A stretch of DNA of 64,000 nucleotides from Vitrella brassicaformis CCMP3155. Taxonomy: Eukaryota; Protista; Chromerida. How positions within the stretch are numbered: the first letter of the stretch is position 1; each line of letters begins with the position of its first letter. Location of the stretch: the NCBI GenBank assembly GCA_001179505.1, contig CDMY01000840.1:62001-126000 (forward strand), given 5' to 3'. Below are positions 1 to 13,300 of this stretch, in pieces. Under the pieces are notes generated by a model that was given only the letters and a program-made list of their open reading frames with translations, was not told the DNA's origin and searched no databases. The translations under genes were made by a program, and so were the position numbers.

Positions 1-407
1 TCGTGGGCACGCTGAGAGACGAGCTGGAGCGACTCGAGGACGCGTGTGGCGGCGGGGAGCCCATGAGCGACATGGACGACACCGCCACCCACTCGGAGTC
101 CATGGTCCGGCACTGCCTGGAGGGTCTCGGCCTATGGGCGTCGGACATCCTCGAGCCGCAGTTCCGCCAGGACAGCACCGAGGGCAGCAGGAGGAGGGCG
201 GGGGCCGGCAGCGAGAAGGACAAGTGTCGGCTGGAGGACCTGGGCGAGATGGTGGTCGACCTGGACCGCATTGTGGGGCTGGCCACGGACCACTTGGGCG
301 AGGAACGGCTCCTGGCTGAGATGCGCTCCCATGTGCTGCTGCTGGTGAGGGTGCTGGAGCAAGACGCTACAACGGGCGATGGAGGCGATGACATGGACAC
401 ATCTTAG
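1..407 (+). CDS. 3' terminal exon of a hypothetical protein; gene starts upstream of the window
   Basis: Open frame from the window edge with strong coding-like codon use (gag/ctg/gac), ending ...DDMDTS-stop. Confidence 0.6.
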   Translation, partial: VGTLRDELERLEDACGGGEPMSDMDDTATHSESMVRHCLEGLGLWASDILEPQFRQDSTEGSRRRAGAGSEKDKCRLEDLGEMVVDLDRIVGLATDHLGEERLLAEMRSHVLLLVRVLEQDATTGDGGDDMDTS

Positions 408-925
408 TTAGTGGGGGTCAAGAGGCAGCGAGCGGTGCCATTGATACAATGAGGTGCGTGCGCAGGGTGGGAGGAGAGAGGGGGACGCGACGCGCACCTT
501 ACAATTACTGACGTGTGTGTGTGTGTGTGTGTGTTTGTGCAGGTAGAACGGTGATGTTGAGGTGTGTAGCTATACTACACATAGCTTGTGCAGATCGATG
601 CAGACGGCATTCCTGTTGGTTGCCCCGTCCGTTGTGTGTGATTTGGTGGTGTGTGCTGTGTGAGCCGGCCTCAATGCAGCGTGTGCACTGCCATGTCCGA
701 CGGATCGGGTACACACACCGGATTGCTTGCTGCAATGGGTGGACAGGCCTGACCATCAATTGTCTTCTCTCATTGCATGGCGTGAATGAATGCACACACC
801 GCCGACCATTCTCGTCCCAAACGCATCTCCATTCATGGAATCCAATCCTCGCAGCTCCAAAAGCTCGCGGGACCCTTCTCAAGTTTTTTCTGACAGTTCC
901 ATTCCAGTGTTTTCTTTCCCCCGCC

Positions 926-2069
926 ATGGGTGATTTTATGGTGATATGCGATGGCATCCAGTCCCCCCTCCTCGCAGATCAGCACCCCCGCCCGAAGCTG
1001 CGCAGCCGCATGCGACGCATCACAATGGCGGTTGCCGTGACGACGGTCCTGGTGGTGGTCGTGATGCAGACCAGCAGCAGCAGCATTATGGGAGGACGGC
1101 CGTCACAGCCACACTCAGATGGTGAGGGATCTCGCTGTGTTGACGGTGGGAGAGGTGTTTGTTCACTGTCTGTGCTGTGCATGTCCGCAGCGGCTGAGGG
1201 AGGTGTGTCGTCGTCCATTGCAGCCACAGCGGACATCGACTTGTCGGCGGCGAATGAGAGCGATGCAGGTAGCAAGAGCATGATGCAGTTTGCAAGTACG
1301 TCCAGCCAGACCCTTTCCCCGTCTGTCTGTCTGTTTGTCTGTCTGTCTGAAACATGCGCTTCTTCAGGCAAGAGCTGGATTGCCGCCCTTGTCGACTTCT
1401 GCATCGACCAGCTCTCGCGCGTCCTCTCGCGCCCCGTCGTCCTCTACCCACTCATAGCACTCATCGCCCTCCCCTTGATCGCCCTCACTATCGCATACAC
1501 CTCCTCCCTCTGCCGTCGACGACGCGCCTCACGCGCACCACCCACCCCAGAAGACGACAAAGCAGAAGGAGACGACGGCGAGGGAGAGGAGGCCAAAGGC
1601 TGTGGTGGTGGTCCACGAATGGTGGCCTTCAGTGACCGCACCACCTGCCACAGCGGCAGCTATGACGCATCGTCGATCGGGTCGGTGGAGGGAGAGGGCG
1701 GCGGGGGCGGGCTGAGGGTGAGTGCGCCGACGCGGCAGCTGCTGAGCGCACCGAACGGGTCGCCTGCCCTGTCCCAGACCTCACAGGTGTCCAAGAAATC
1801 ACGACGGTGAGCGAGACGGGCAGGGGTGAGCGAGATGGGCCGGAGATACCAGTGTTTCCCCCTCTCTCTCTGGTGGTGTAAGGTCGTGGGTGCATGTGGA
1901 GTCTGACGCCGGTGAGGCTTTGACGCCCCCGGCCTCCCCGCCCCGCCCCATGGGCGGCGTGTTCAAGACCATCGGCCGCATGCTCAGCTTCGGCCGACTG
2001 CAGACGACCGGCCAGCAGGACACCGACGTGGCCAACACTGACGACCTGAACGCGTGGGACGAGCTGTGA
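926..2069 (+). CDS. Hypothetical spliced membrane protein with two hydrophobic segments
   Basis: ATG at 926 (MGDFMV...). Hydrophobic stretches AVAVTTVLVVVVM and VVLYPLIALIALPLIALTIAY. A GT-AG intron at ~1808-1882 joins in frame to RSWVHVESD...MGGVFKTIGR...WDEL-stop at 2069. Confidence 0.55.
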
Positions 2070-3109
2070 GCCGATCATGCTGATGCCGTTGAGTGTCGTG
2101 TGGTGTGGAGGGAGAGAGGCGATGAGCGGTGTTTTTGGATTCCATGCATCCACCTGTGTATGTGATCTGAGGGGTGGTGGAAGCTTTTCTTGGTTCATGT
2201 GCCTCTGGATGTTCGTGTGGCTGTTCGTGTGTGTGTGTGTGTGTGTGTGTGGTGGGGGGCGGGGCGGGGCGGGGCGAGGCGGGGGAAAGGAGAGAGTTGA
2301 TTTAGCAGAGAGTTTTATTTGGACGAGGGCGGGCCGGGCGGTTCTTTTTTGGCATCCATCCATCCATCGGTGTGTTGGCATCTTGTCAATCGCTTCAGGC
2401 GAGCCTAACCTGGAATTTTTTCCCGTTCCCTGCCTGCCTGCCTGACTTTTCTTCTTTGAGTGTGTGTATTTTTGTGGGACGACTCGTCCCTGCATGCCAT
2501 GCTGTTGGGTGTGTGTTTGGGGGGTGAAGGGGTGGTGAGTGCAGCGGTCTTTCTGACCTTTTGTACTACAAACCCGATTGATTGATGTGCGATAGAGTGA
2601 GTGGTGTGCCTCTCTCCATTGCTATGCTGTGATGGATGCTGTTTTTGTCGACTCTGTAGACGAGTGTGTGTGCCATCCCTCCCTCCCCAGCTGCCGTCTT
2701 TCCCTGTGTCTCTCACTCACTCTAGTGTGCATATATGTCTTCGGCTGTCCGTCCATCTGGCGATCTTGACGACGCCTGCTTCTGCTTTGCTGCTCTGTGT
2801 CTCTCTCGTCGTCTCTTGATACATCCTCTGACATGCTGCTGTCAGTGTGCGCCCTCTGCGCACTGATCTGGTGGCAGTGTGAGTCCTGCAGCAGACAACA
2901 CCACTGTCTGCCGCAGTGCTACACTCCCCATCTGAACAGTGCGCAGAGGGCGCGCGCACACACTACACACCACACGATGTGGTGCCTGTGGGGAGACGGA
3001 TGATGCTGAACTGACCGAGTGACTGGTCGCGGCGGATTGACCTGTTGTGTACTTGACAGACCATTGACTGAGAGAGGGAGGGAGGGAGGGAGGGAGCGAT
3101 GCATTCCAC

Positions 3110-3690
3110 ACGCACCGGGTCGTTTGTTGGTGCACGCGTTTCCTTCCACTGCCGCCAGACGGCTCTGCGCGAGAGCTCTTGTGCTGAAGCTGCCTGTCGT
3201 AGTGCATGGTAACGTCTTCACCACCGGCACCCGACCGACGCAGCGCTTGAGAGAGAGAGAGAGAGAGAGAAGGGGCAAGTGCTGATGGATGGGCGGCCGC
3301 GTCTTTCGACTGCGTACCTTCCTGCCTGTCTGCCGCTCACCATTCGTACGGCATGATGTGACGTCGCCACATGCCCTGGTGTTGCAGCAACGTGTGGCTT
3401 CGTGACATGGCGCCGTGTGTGGATGGTGAGCAGCGACGCCTGCAGGAACACACACGTGTGATGTGGCCAAGCCGGTCGATGTGTCACATGTGTTGTATGG
3501 TATTGCTGTATTGCTCAAATGAGGTTCTGAGCAAGTCATGAGGGGTGGGTGGTCGTCTGTTGGTGCGCTCCTTGACAACCGCTGCCGGCAGACGGCTCAG
3601 CGCGGGAACTCTTGTGTTGAAGCTGCCTGTAGTAGTGGTAGTCATCGAACGAACCAACAGCAGCCGACAGACACAGCACTTGGGAGGGAG
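3110..3690 (-). CDS. Two paralogous coding segments (RQLQHKSSRAEPS-G/A-GSG...HQQTT) of an unannotated gene or gene pair
   Basis: Diverged direct repeat at ~3115-3207 and ~3550-3650; differences are mostly synonymous in one minus-strand frame. Confidence 0.5.
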
Positions 3691-4268
3691 AGAGAAGGGG
3701 AAAGTGGTCATTGAATGGTGGATTGGATGCACTCTATGGCCCCGAACGACTGACTCTCCATTCATCCATTCATCCATCCATCCATCTGTCCGATAAAATG
3801 ATCAAGGCGCACTGACGTCCGCCTTCCTCGGCCTCACTGTGGCGTCGCGCACACAGACACCAACACCGACACACAGGCAGGTACACAGAAAGACCACACA
3901 CAAACACACAAACACGACACACGACACAGCACACAAGCACACACAAGGCGACAGACACCATCATCAAGGGCCTACCGGCCGCCGGGGGCTTTGCTTGTTC
4001 CATCCGACCTACCTGCATAGCTACCTACCATGGTCACCTCTCTACCGTGCTGGCATACCAGCCAAGCCGAAGTCATCGAAAAATGGTCTTCTCTCTGGTG
4101 CTGGCTGCCGGTGTGCTGTGGCCTGGCCCCCTCACTCACACACACAAATAAATGGGCGGGGCGGCCCCCCACCCACAAAAAAGACACACACGACAGACAA
4201 CACATGGATGGCATCCCTCTCTCTCCTCTGCCCTTCTCTCTGTGCGCGGCGGTCGATATGCTTATGGC

Positions 4269-4953
4269 TTATTTGAGCCTGAGCAGCAGATCACCGGCCT
4301 CGATCTTGTCGCCGTCCCTCAGGGGAATCGACGCTACCTCACCGGCACACGGGGCCACCTAACCCCCCCCCCCCCCNNNNNNNNNNNNNNNNNNNNNNNN
4401 NNNNNNNNNNNNNNNNNNNNNNNNNNNNNNNNNNNNNNNNNNNNNNNNNNNNNNNNNNNNNNNNNNNNNNNNNNNNNNNNNNNNNNNNNNNNNNNNNNNN
4501 NNNNNNNNNNNNNNNNNNNNNNNNNNNNNNNNNNNNNNNNNNNNNNNNNNNNNNNNNNNNNNNNNNNNNNNNNNNNNNNNNNNNNNNNNNNNNNNNNNNN
4601 NNNNNNNNNNNNNNNNNNNNNNNNNNNNNNNNNNNNNNNNNNNNNNNNNNNNNNNNNNNNNNNNNNNNNNNNNNNNAGACAGACAGACACGCCCATCCAT
4701 CCATCCATGTGCAGTGTGTTTGTGCAGGGGCCCCGACAGCCGTACCACAACGGTCTCCATTTTCATGGCGGAGAGGATGACGAGCGGGTCGCCCTTCTTG
4801 ACGTGGTGGGTCTCGCCGACTTTGTAGCTGAGGATGTTGCCCGGCATGGGGGCGCCGATCTGCTTCAGGTCGCTCGTCTCGGCCTTGACATTGGCCTTGA
4901 TCTCCTGCACAGCACAGCACACGCAGAGAGCGGCCTTCTGGTTTCTCTGGCGC

Positions 4954-4985
<32 letters not shown>

Positions 4986-7900
4986 GTGTGTGTCATCCAT
5001 CAGTGGGTGTCTTACCGCCTTGGCTGTCTGGTCCTTGACGGTGACCGACCTGGGGAGCCCCATGACCTCGAAGTACACTTCACGCGTCCCGTCGCTCAGC
5101 ACATGTGTCTTGGCGATGTACTTGAGGTGCACCTCACGGCCGGCCATGTCTACCGTGATGTCCTCACCAGGCTGACCAACCATTCAATGCCACGCACACA
5201 GCGAGCGACACACGTCATGCATGCGATTGGTGGGGGTGACTGTTGTGTGTGGCGGAGGGGAGGGGGAGATTGGGTCCGTGTAGCGTACGTCGCATCCCAC
5301 GAAGTAGTGTGGCGTGGGCAGCACGGAGACGTCGCCGAATTTCTTGCGGAACTCCTGGTACTCGTCGAACACCTGTGTGGCACCCAGACACAGCGCACAG
5401 ACACACGTGCCTGTCTGTCTGCCTGCCTGCCTGCCCGCCTCTGCTGCCGTGGTCCGTCTGTCTGTCCACTTGCCTTGGGGTACATGACCGAGCTCACAAG
5501 GTCGGCCTCCGAGAACTTCCGCCCATGCTTCTCCTCAAGCCCCGCCCGCAGGTGGCCCCAGTCGACGGGCGGCAGGTGCGCGCCAGGCCTGCCCTCGACG
5601 GGCTTGGCCCCCTTGAGCACCTTGGTCCGCAGCGGCTCGGGGAAGCCGAAGGGCGGCTGCCCGATATAGCCCTGACCACACACGAACGAAGGAACGGGGC
5701 ATCACTCACAGAGGGGGGGAGGGGTGGGGGGAGGGGTGGGGGAAGCGTGCCTGGAAGAACTCGACGACGGATTGAGGGAAGGAGAGGCTGTCAGCCTTTT
5801 CGAGGATGTTGTCTGGCGTGACGCCGTTCTGGACCATGAACTGGGCCATGTCGCCGACGACCTTGGACGACGGGGTCACCTTGATCAGATCACCTGCACA
5901 CACCACACACGGATGTGGTGTGGACAAATGAGGTGTGTGGGTGGTGTGGTGTTGTGTGTGGGTGGTGCACTGACTGACCCATCAGCATGTTGGCGTCGGT
6001 GTATGCCTTCTTGATGTCGTGCCACTTGTCAGCCATCCCCAGAGACCACGCCTGCATCAATACACACATATGTCTGTCTGTCTGTCGGCTTCATCGCCTG
6101 GCCTGCCTTGCCTGCCTGACCTACCCTACCTGCATGTGTAAGTTGGTGTACTGGCCGCCAGGGATCTCGTGCACATAGACCTCAGAGCTGCCACTCTTAA
6201 GGGTGGTTGTGCAATCAAATGGGGCATAGAAACGACGCACCTGTCCCCCCCACCCCATCCCCCAACAAACACACACCACACCATATGGTGTGGGTCGTGC
6301 GTCTCTGTCTGTCTGTCTGTCTGTGTGTGTGTGTGTGCACCTTTTCCCAGTAGTCGTTGATGGGAGCCATTTCCCTGAGGTGCATGCCGCTGTCGAACTG
6401 TGTGTGCTGGAGGGAGGCCACCACCGCCCCCATCGACGGCTGCGATGTCAGCCCAGACATGCTGTCCATGCACGTGTCCACTATGTCCGCACCAGATTGA
6501 GCTGAACACTCACATACACACAAGGATGGACATATTTATCCTTCTCGGTGCACATATATACGCACGCACCTGCCGCCACAACTGACGCGACGCCCACGCC
6601 GCCCGTGTCGTGTGTGTGGACGTGGATGGGCATGTTGGGGAACTCCTGACGCAGACTGCCCACCAACAAAGCCGCTGCTCCAGGGGTTAGGAGGCCTGCA
6701 GACAGACACAGACACACCGACGGTCAGAGGGCAGGCAAAGAGGGCATTGTGTTGTTTGTGTGGGTGTTGTGTTGTGTTGTGGGCGAGGGGAAAAAGGAAG
6801 CTAAGCTCACCCACCGGCCATGTCTTTGATTGCCAGTATGTGTATTTTCTCGTCGACGAGTTTGCGGGCGAGGTCCATGTAGTAGTCGAGGGTGTACGGC
6901 TTCCTGTCCCTGTCCATCACGTTGCCCGTGTAAGAGATGGCCGCCTCAACCACACCACCAGCCGCACCCACAGCCTGTCGGCATAACATAAGTCAACACA
7001 CATACCAGCCAGCCACACACAGATAGATAGATCAGATCACACACACGTGCACTGCGCAGCGCATCAGTCAGAACACACTGACTGAACTGACACGTGTGTG
7101 CAGTGTACCTGTATCCCCAGTTTCAGGTTGTCGAGGTAGTTGAGGGAGTCGAAGATGCGGAAGATGTCCATGCCGTACTTGACCGCCTCGTCACAGAACT
7201 TGTGCACGGCATTGTCTGCATATATGAAGACAGACACAGACACAGACACAGACACACTCATGCAGGGACCCCTGCCGTGGCGTGACGGTGTGGTGTGGTG
7301 TGGTGTGGTGTGTGCACCGGGGTAGGCAGTGTATCCCACAGCATTGGCCCCCCTGAGCAGCATCTGGAACGGGATGTTGGGGATGGCCTCGCGCAACAGC
7401 TCCAGTCGCTTCCACGGCGACTCGCGCAGGAACCGGTAAGACACGTCGAACGTGGCTCCACCCCTACACACACATATAGATACCGCCACACACACAGAGA
7501 GAGTGTTTTCCCCCCATATTTGTTGCAGTGCGTTTGCTGCTGTCAATTTCTCTTCTCAGCCACCCACCCACCAGTTCTCGAGTGAGAAGAGTTGTGGCAG
7601 CGTGTGTGCGATGGCCGGTGCGACCTTGAGCATGTCGTGTGTCCGCATTCGTGTGGCAAACAGCGACTGGTGGGCGTCGCGCATCGTCGTGTCGGTCAGC
7701 AGCGGCCGCGACTCCGACCGAATCACCCTCGCGAAATCCTCCGGGCCCAGCTCGTCGAGCAAGTTCTTGTAACCCCTGCAGTCAGTGCACCCATCCCATC
7801 AACACTCTCTGCACCATTAATTACCCACACTCTCTCTCTTCCCCCTCTCTGCCTTTGGCTGACCTAGGCACGTCGCCCGGTCCGTGCCCAGCGAGGCGCT

Positions 7901-9991
7901 CGGGTGCACCGGCCCAGCTGCCGCCGCCCTGTGGGAGCCGCATGTGGTGTGCGGCCTCGATATGAGGAGGGTGGGCGGGGGTGCGGTCGGGCAGCACGTC
8001 TGGGTTGACCAGTGACGTCTGGGGGCCGTTGACCGCCACCTCGGCCAGATAACGACCTGTGGATGGAGAGGGAGGGAGCATGGCGAAATGTGTGTGTATT
8101 TTGTGTCCGTATGTGTGTGCGACAGTACACACATACATAGGTTTTGAGACGAGAGGTCGAATGGGTCGTAGTTGCAGAGCTCGGGATGGTCGTCGATGAA
8201 CTGGACCTGATTGATCAACACGCGCACACACACAGACCAGATGCATGCAATGCCCCGGCTAGCTAGACCACTCACTCACCGTGGCCTGTCCCGTCTTGAA
8301 CTTCTCGTGTGAGAGGACATTGAGTATGAAGGGGATGTTGGTCACCACCCCACGGATCCTCGTCTCCTTCATCGCGCGAACCGTCCTGCCCAACGCCTCA
8401 GGGAAATCCTATACATCAAACCCACATAGCCAAGCCACATGTCCGATATCTATCAATTCCCTTCTCCCACCTCTGTCTGCCCCACACAATTGATTGCATA
8501 CCTTTCCACTGGTGATAACCTTGACCAGCAGCGAGTCGAAATGCGGCGTGATCACCGCGCCACTCGCAGCCAGCGCAGCGTCCAGCCGCACGCCCAGCCC
8601 CGTCGCAGGGGCGTAGAGGTCCACTCGCCCGGTGGATGGGGTGAAGTTGCGCTGGGAGTCTTCCGTGGTCACTCGGCACTGGATGGCCACGCCGTTGCAG
8701 TGGAGATTGTCCTGCGTGAGGCCGAGTGCGGGCAGCGTGGCGCCTTCGCGGACGGCGAACTGGGTCTTGACGAGGTCTCGCGAGGTGACCTGCTCGGTGA
8801 CGGTGTGCTCCACCTGCAGCCGTGCGTTGACCTCGATGAAGTAGTGCCGGTCGTCCTTGTCAAGCAGGAACTCAACAGTGCCTGAAGCGAGCCGACACAC
8901 AGGGAGGGAGGGACAGTCGGATGCATCTTTGTTGGTGTGCGGTGGGGTGCGCATTTGTGTGCGTACCGGCATTTTGGTAGCCGACGTGCTTGGCCAGCTT
9001 GACGGCGTCCGCAAGGATCTTCTCGCGTATCTCGTTGGTCAGGAATGGCGCTGGGGCGATCTCCACGACCTTCTGGTGCCGCCTCTGGACGGTGCAGTCC
9101 CTCTCGAACAGGTGCACCACGTTGCCGTAGTGGTCGCCCATGATCTGCACCTCGATGTGCCGCCCTCCCTGGATCAGCTTCTCCACAAACATCGCACCGT
9201 TGCCGAACGCGCTCTTGGCCTCTGACGTGGCCCGCTCGAAGGCCTCCCTCGCTTCGGCCATGCTGAAGACGCGACGCATGCCGCGGCCGCCGCCGCCATA
9301 GGCGGCCTTGAGCATGACGGGGCAGCCGATCTCCTCGATGACCTTGACGGCCTCGTTGACATCCTCGATGGGTTTCTCGGTGCCGGGGACGACGGGGACG
9401 CCGGCGGCGATGGCGATCTTGCGGGCCTCGACCTTGTCGCCCATCTGGTGCACGATGTGGGGGTGGGGGCCAATGAACATGATGTCGGCGTCCTCCACGG
9501 CCTTGGCGAAGTGGGCGTTCTCAGAGAGAAAGCCATACCTGACTCACACAACACAAGTCAGCAGCAGCATAGAACACGTGTGCATGGTATGGTCAATGCG
9601 TGAAGTGCTTGAGGGGTGACCGAGCCGAGTGCCCCACCTACCCCGGGTGAATGGCGTCAATGCCCTGCTGCTCGGCAATCTTGATGATCTCGGGGTAGTG
9701 GAGGTAGGCAGCCACCGGCGCCAGCCTCTCGCCCACGACGAAGGACCTGTCCATGACCACCCGGTGCAGCGCCTGGCTGTCCTCCTTGGCATAGATCCCC
9801 ACAGTCTGAATGCCCCTCTCCTTGGCAGCTCGGCAGATGCGGACGGCGATCTCGCCTCGGTTGGCGATGAGCAGCTTCTTGATGGGACGGCATTGCCTCT
9901 CGGTGGTGGTGGCGCCCACAGTGGTGCTGAAGGCGCGGAGGAAGGACGGCCAGAGAGGCCTCCTTGCCATCAGCAGATGCCGCCGCAGCAT
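4269..9991 (-). CDS. PC: Pyruvate carboxylase, probably mitochondrial (BC + CT + BCCP domains), multi-exon
   Basis: [86 protein letters not shown] and biotinyl motif SAMKME. Ends [12 protein letters not shown]-terminus is Arg/Leu-rich and acid-free. Confidence 0.97.
4377..4676. other. Assembly gap (300 N) inside a pyruvate carboxylase intron
   Basis: Run of N preceded by a poly-C tract. Confidence 0.99.
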
Positions 9992-10339
9992 CGTTTGATG
10001 AGTTGCACAAGGATGTGGCAGATCTCTGCCCCTCGTGCCCTCGGCAGCACGAGTCAAGGCCTCAGCTGTCACCCGCGACGGCGCGAGCTAGTACTCTAGC
10101 TTAGCTCGCACCGATTGCAGAATTGGAAATAGGCGTAGCAACAGGCATGCGGCAGGTCCACGCACATATGTGCAGGGTGCACAAGGTGACGGGTGACTCT
10201 CTGAAGAGAATTGATGAATCGGTCGTTCAATCTGCCATGGCCCTTCTGTCGCGCCGATTCATCTATCATGTAGTTTGTGTCCCGGCCAGCAGCGCACACA
10301 AAGGCAACAAGAGAACAAACAGTCCACCCTCACACTGAC

Positions 10340-13300
10340 TTCCTGCCCTGCCACCCTTGCCAGCTACATGCCCCGTCCCCGGCCCCTCTGGCCCGCCTGC
10401 CTTCGCGGCCTCGCCGGCCGCAGCGGTGTGGGCGGGCGGCGCACCAGCGCCCCACGCCTGTTGCCACGGCCGCGGCCGGCAGCCGCCTGAGGCGGTGCCT
10501 GTGGAGGAGGTGTTGGCTCGGGAGATGGAAGGGGAGGGGGCTCGAACACCTCCACCTTTAGGAACACACGATGGAAGGCGTGATTTGGTTGCTGATGGTG
10601 ATGGCGACGGTGTGTGGTGGTTTACCTGTTCGTTGAATGTCACTGCCTTTGGTGGTGTGATGTCCATGGCGTTGGGGATGGGGCTGAGGCCGAGCAACTG
10701 CCGGACGGTCTTCTGGGAACGCTTAGGGCGCTTCCCGAAGGCTGCGAGGACACACGCAGGCAGCGATGCATATTGGGATGAATATGGAAGGGGTCTGTGT
10801 GGGTCGGTGTGGTGTGAAAGGGTTGCTTACGGATCCCTCGCTTCATGCACGACCGAAGTCGACGGTCCCGGTAGACGTTGTACACGGGAGATCTCCGCAG
10901 CCGGGACACCCTGTTGCCCTCCTCGGCCCACTCCCCTTTGTCCGCCTCTGCTCCCTCCCCGTCTCCCTCCCCAGCCCCCTCCTGGGCCAGCTCGTGCTGT
11001 ACCTGCTCAAGCGCATGAATCTCCTGAGGTGGCGTGGTGTCGATGGGAGCCGCCATATCGTTATCTGCGACACCAGCCACACACACAAGTGATCTGTGAT
11101 TGGAGTTTGGATAAGTTCTCTTCTCAGACTGCTCTTTGTCTTTCTCGCCTTGGTGGTCATCGTCCTCTGCGTCGTCCCTCACGTCCCGCTTGCGTGGCGG
11201 CGGACTGAACCCCAACTTGCGACTGCCGAACGCCTGGGGAATCCCCTCATCACCCTCCTGGCCACCCTCGCCCGTCTCAACCTGTCCGGCGTCTCCATCC
11301 CGTCCCACATCCTTATCGATGTCCATCATCGTCCTGAAGGGGACAGGGCCGTCCTCCAATTTAGGGTGATGGTGCTGGTGGCCGTCGTGGTGGTTGTCCA
11401 GGTGCTCAGCCCGCTTGCGTGCCACCCGTCGGTGTGGGAATGGGGTGTCCTGCCGCCGCTTGGCGGGGCGGGGGAGGCTGGGGGCGAAGGGGATGCGGGA
11501 GGGAGGGGGCATCTGATGAGAGCATAAGATGGGGGTTCTTCTCTCGGGTGGTCGGGTATGTTGTGTGTGTGTGTGTGTGTGTTACGTTGTCATTGTCTTG
11601 TGTGGACTGGAGCCGCGCGATGAGAGCCCTCTGGTCCTCCAGCTGACGATGCAATAGAACATCCTTTGTGTGCACCAATGTGTCAGTCAGTTCACTCACC
11701 TCTTTCTCCTGTGCCGCTAGTGTCTCACTTGCCCTGCGCAGCTCCTGCTCCAGCCGCGCCTTGGACTCACGCAGACCCTCGAGCTCACGCAACGCAGCAG
11801 CCAAACGATCCTAGGTTAGGTAGAGAGATAAATGAGAGGCCGGCGTGCATGGGGTTTTTGTCTGTTCAACCCTCACCTGGCTGCCAGCGCGGTCCTTGGC
11901 GCGTTCTTGCAGCTGCTCCGCGGCTGCCTGCAGTGTCTGTATCTCCTCGTTGGCTTTGGCGAGAGCCGCCCTGAGCTTGGTGATCTCCGCCTCGTCACGC
12001 CGGGCCCTCACACCAACAGCGCCAAAGTCGGCGCCCTGCAGACACGCAGCACCTGGTCTACGGTGTCTACGATGTCTGGTCTTACCTTGAACCGAGATGC
12101 CCACTGGAGGGAGTGGAGTGTCTCGTGGTAGTCCTCTGGTCGAGTGCTGACATGGACGATCATGACGAGGCGCGCCGAGTGTGTGAGAAGGTCCTGCAGC
12201 AGCAGGGTGAGCTTGCTGTTGCGGAAGGGCACGTGGGGCTGCTTCGACGCGACGGCCTCGATCACATCACCTACAAAAGAGAAAGAGAAGGGAGGGATAC
12301 ACGTCTGGCTGGAGACAGACATCTTTCTGGTCTCTAAAGTACCAAGGGCGCTGATGGAGCGGTTGATGTAGGCGCCTTCTTTCAGCGCACGGCCGTCAAC
12401 TCCAGACTTATACATGCGCTCGGAGCCTGACAGATAGACGCACAAGGATGAGAGCAGAAATGGCCGTTTAAATCCATCCACCGATTTGCCCACCTGCTAG
12501 ATCTACGAGAGCGAGACGTCCCGTCTTGGGGCCTTCAGAGCCTTCCTCGACGGTCACCGTCAAACACGACAAACTGAAGGACGAGTGCAGGCAGACAAGG
12601 GTGGGGGATGGATGATGTGTGTGTGGGATGGGATGGGTGCGCGTCGTTTCCCGACCAGTGTGATCGGCTAGAGTTGGCATTGCAGAGCGTCGCCTCGACC
12701 GCTCGGCGGCTCGAGCCCTTCTGCATGAGCTGCAACGCCTGTAGCAAGGCCGGCCGCACGGACAAGAACACATGAGTGCGTCGGTACTGTACTGTCATGG
12801 CGTCTCTCTCTCCACGCCACACCTCCTTCGCATCCTGGACCTCCACCTCAGTCCACTCCTGCACGGCAGTCGATGCGACAATGGTGCCAGTATGGGGGCC
12901 CTGCGGCCCTCCACTCACCGGTATGGTCGTATTCTGCGTGCGGTTTCGCAGGCCACTGGAACTGGAGGCACCACCATCTGCAGTGCCGTGTGGTCCTCTC
13001 GCCTCGGTAGTCGGGATGTCGTCCAGGAGGTTGCGAATCTGCTCGCAGTAGACCTCTAGAACGCTCACGCTAGCCTGAGCATGAAGGGAAGGACACAACA
13101 AGAATGAGAGTGTTGAGTGAGTGGAGTGAGTGGTGTGACGGCCTCCAAATGCACCTACGCGTATCTTGATGTCGGGTGAGCGGCGTCTGGCGGCATCAAT
13201 CTCCTGCAGCCAAGACACGGGCGAAACGACAATCTGTGCTGAGCGATGATGATTGCGGGATGGCGTGACCTGGAAGATGAAGTCGAGGGCGCGAGGGGTC

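Noticed and set aside
515-925. Long upstream extension of the 431-aa ORF
   Set aside because: It begins in a GT microsatellite and reads as Cys/Val-rich non-coding translation; ATG 926 is more plausible.
1629-2495. 288-aa minus-strand ORF and many similar overlapping ORFs
   Set aside because: These are shadow ORFs of GC-rich DNA containing THTH/VCVC runs translated from intronic microsatellites.
4030-4130. DFGLA kinase-like pentapeptide on the minus strand
   Set aside because: No other kinase subdomain nearby; likely chance.
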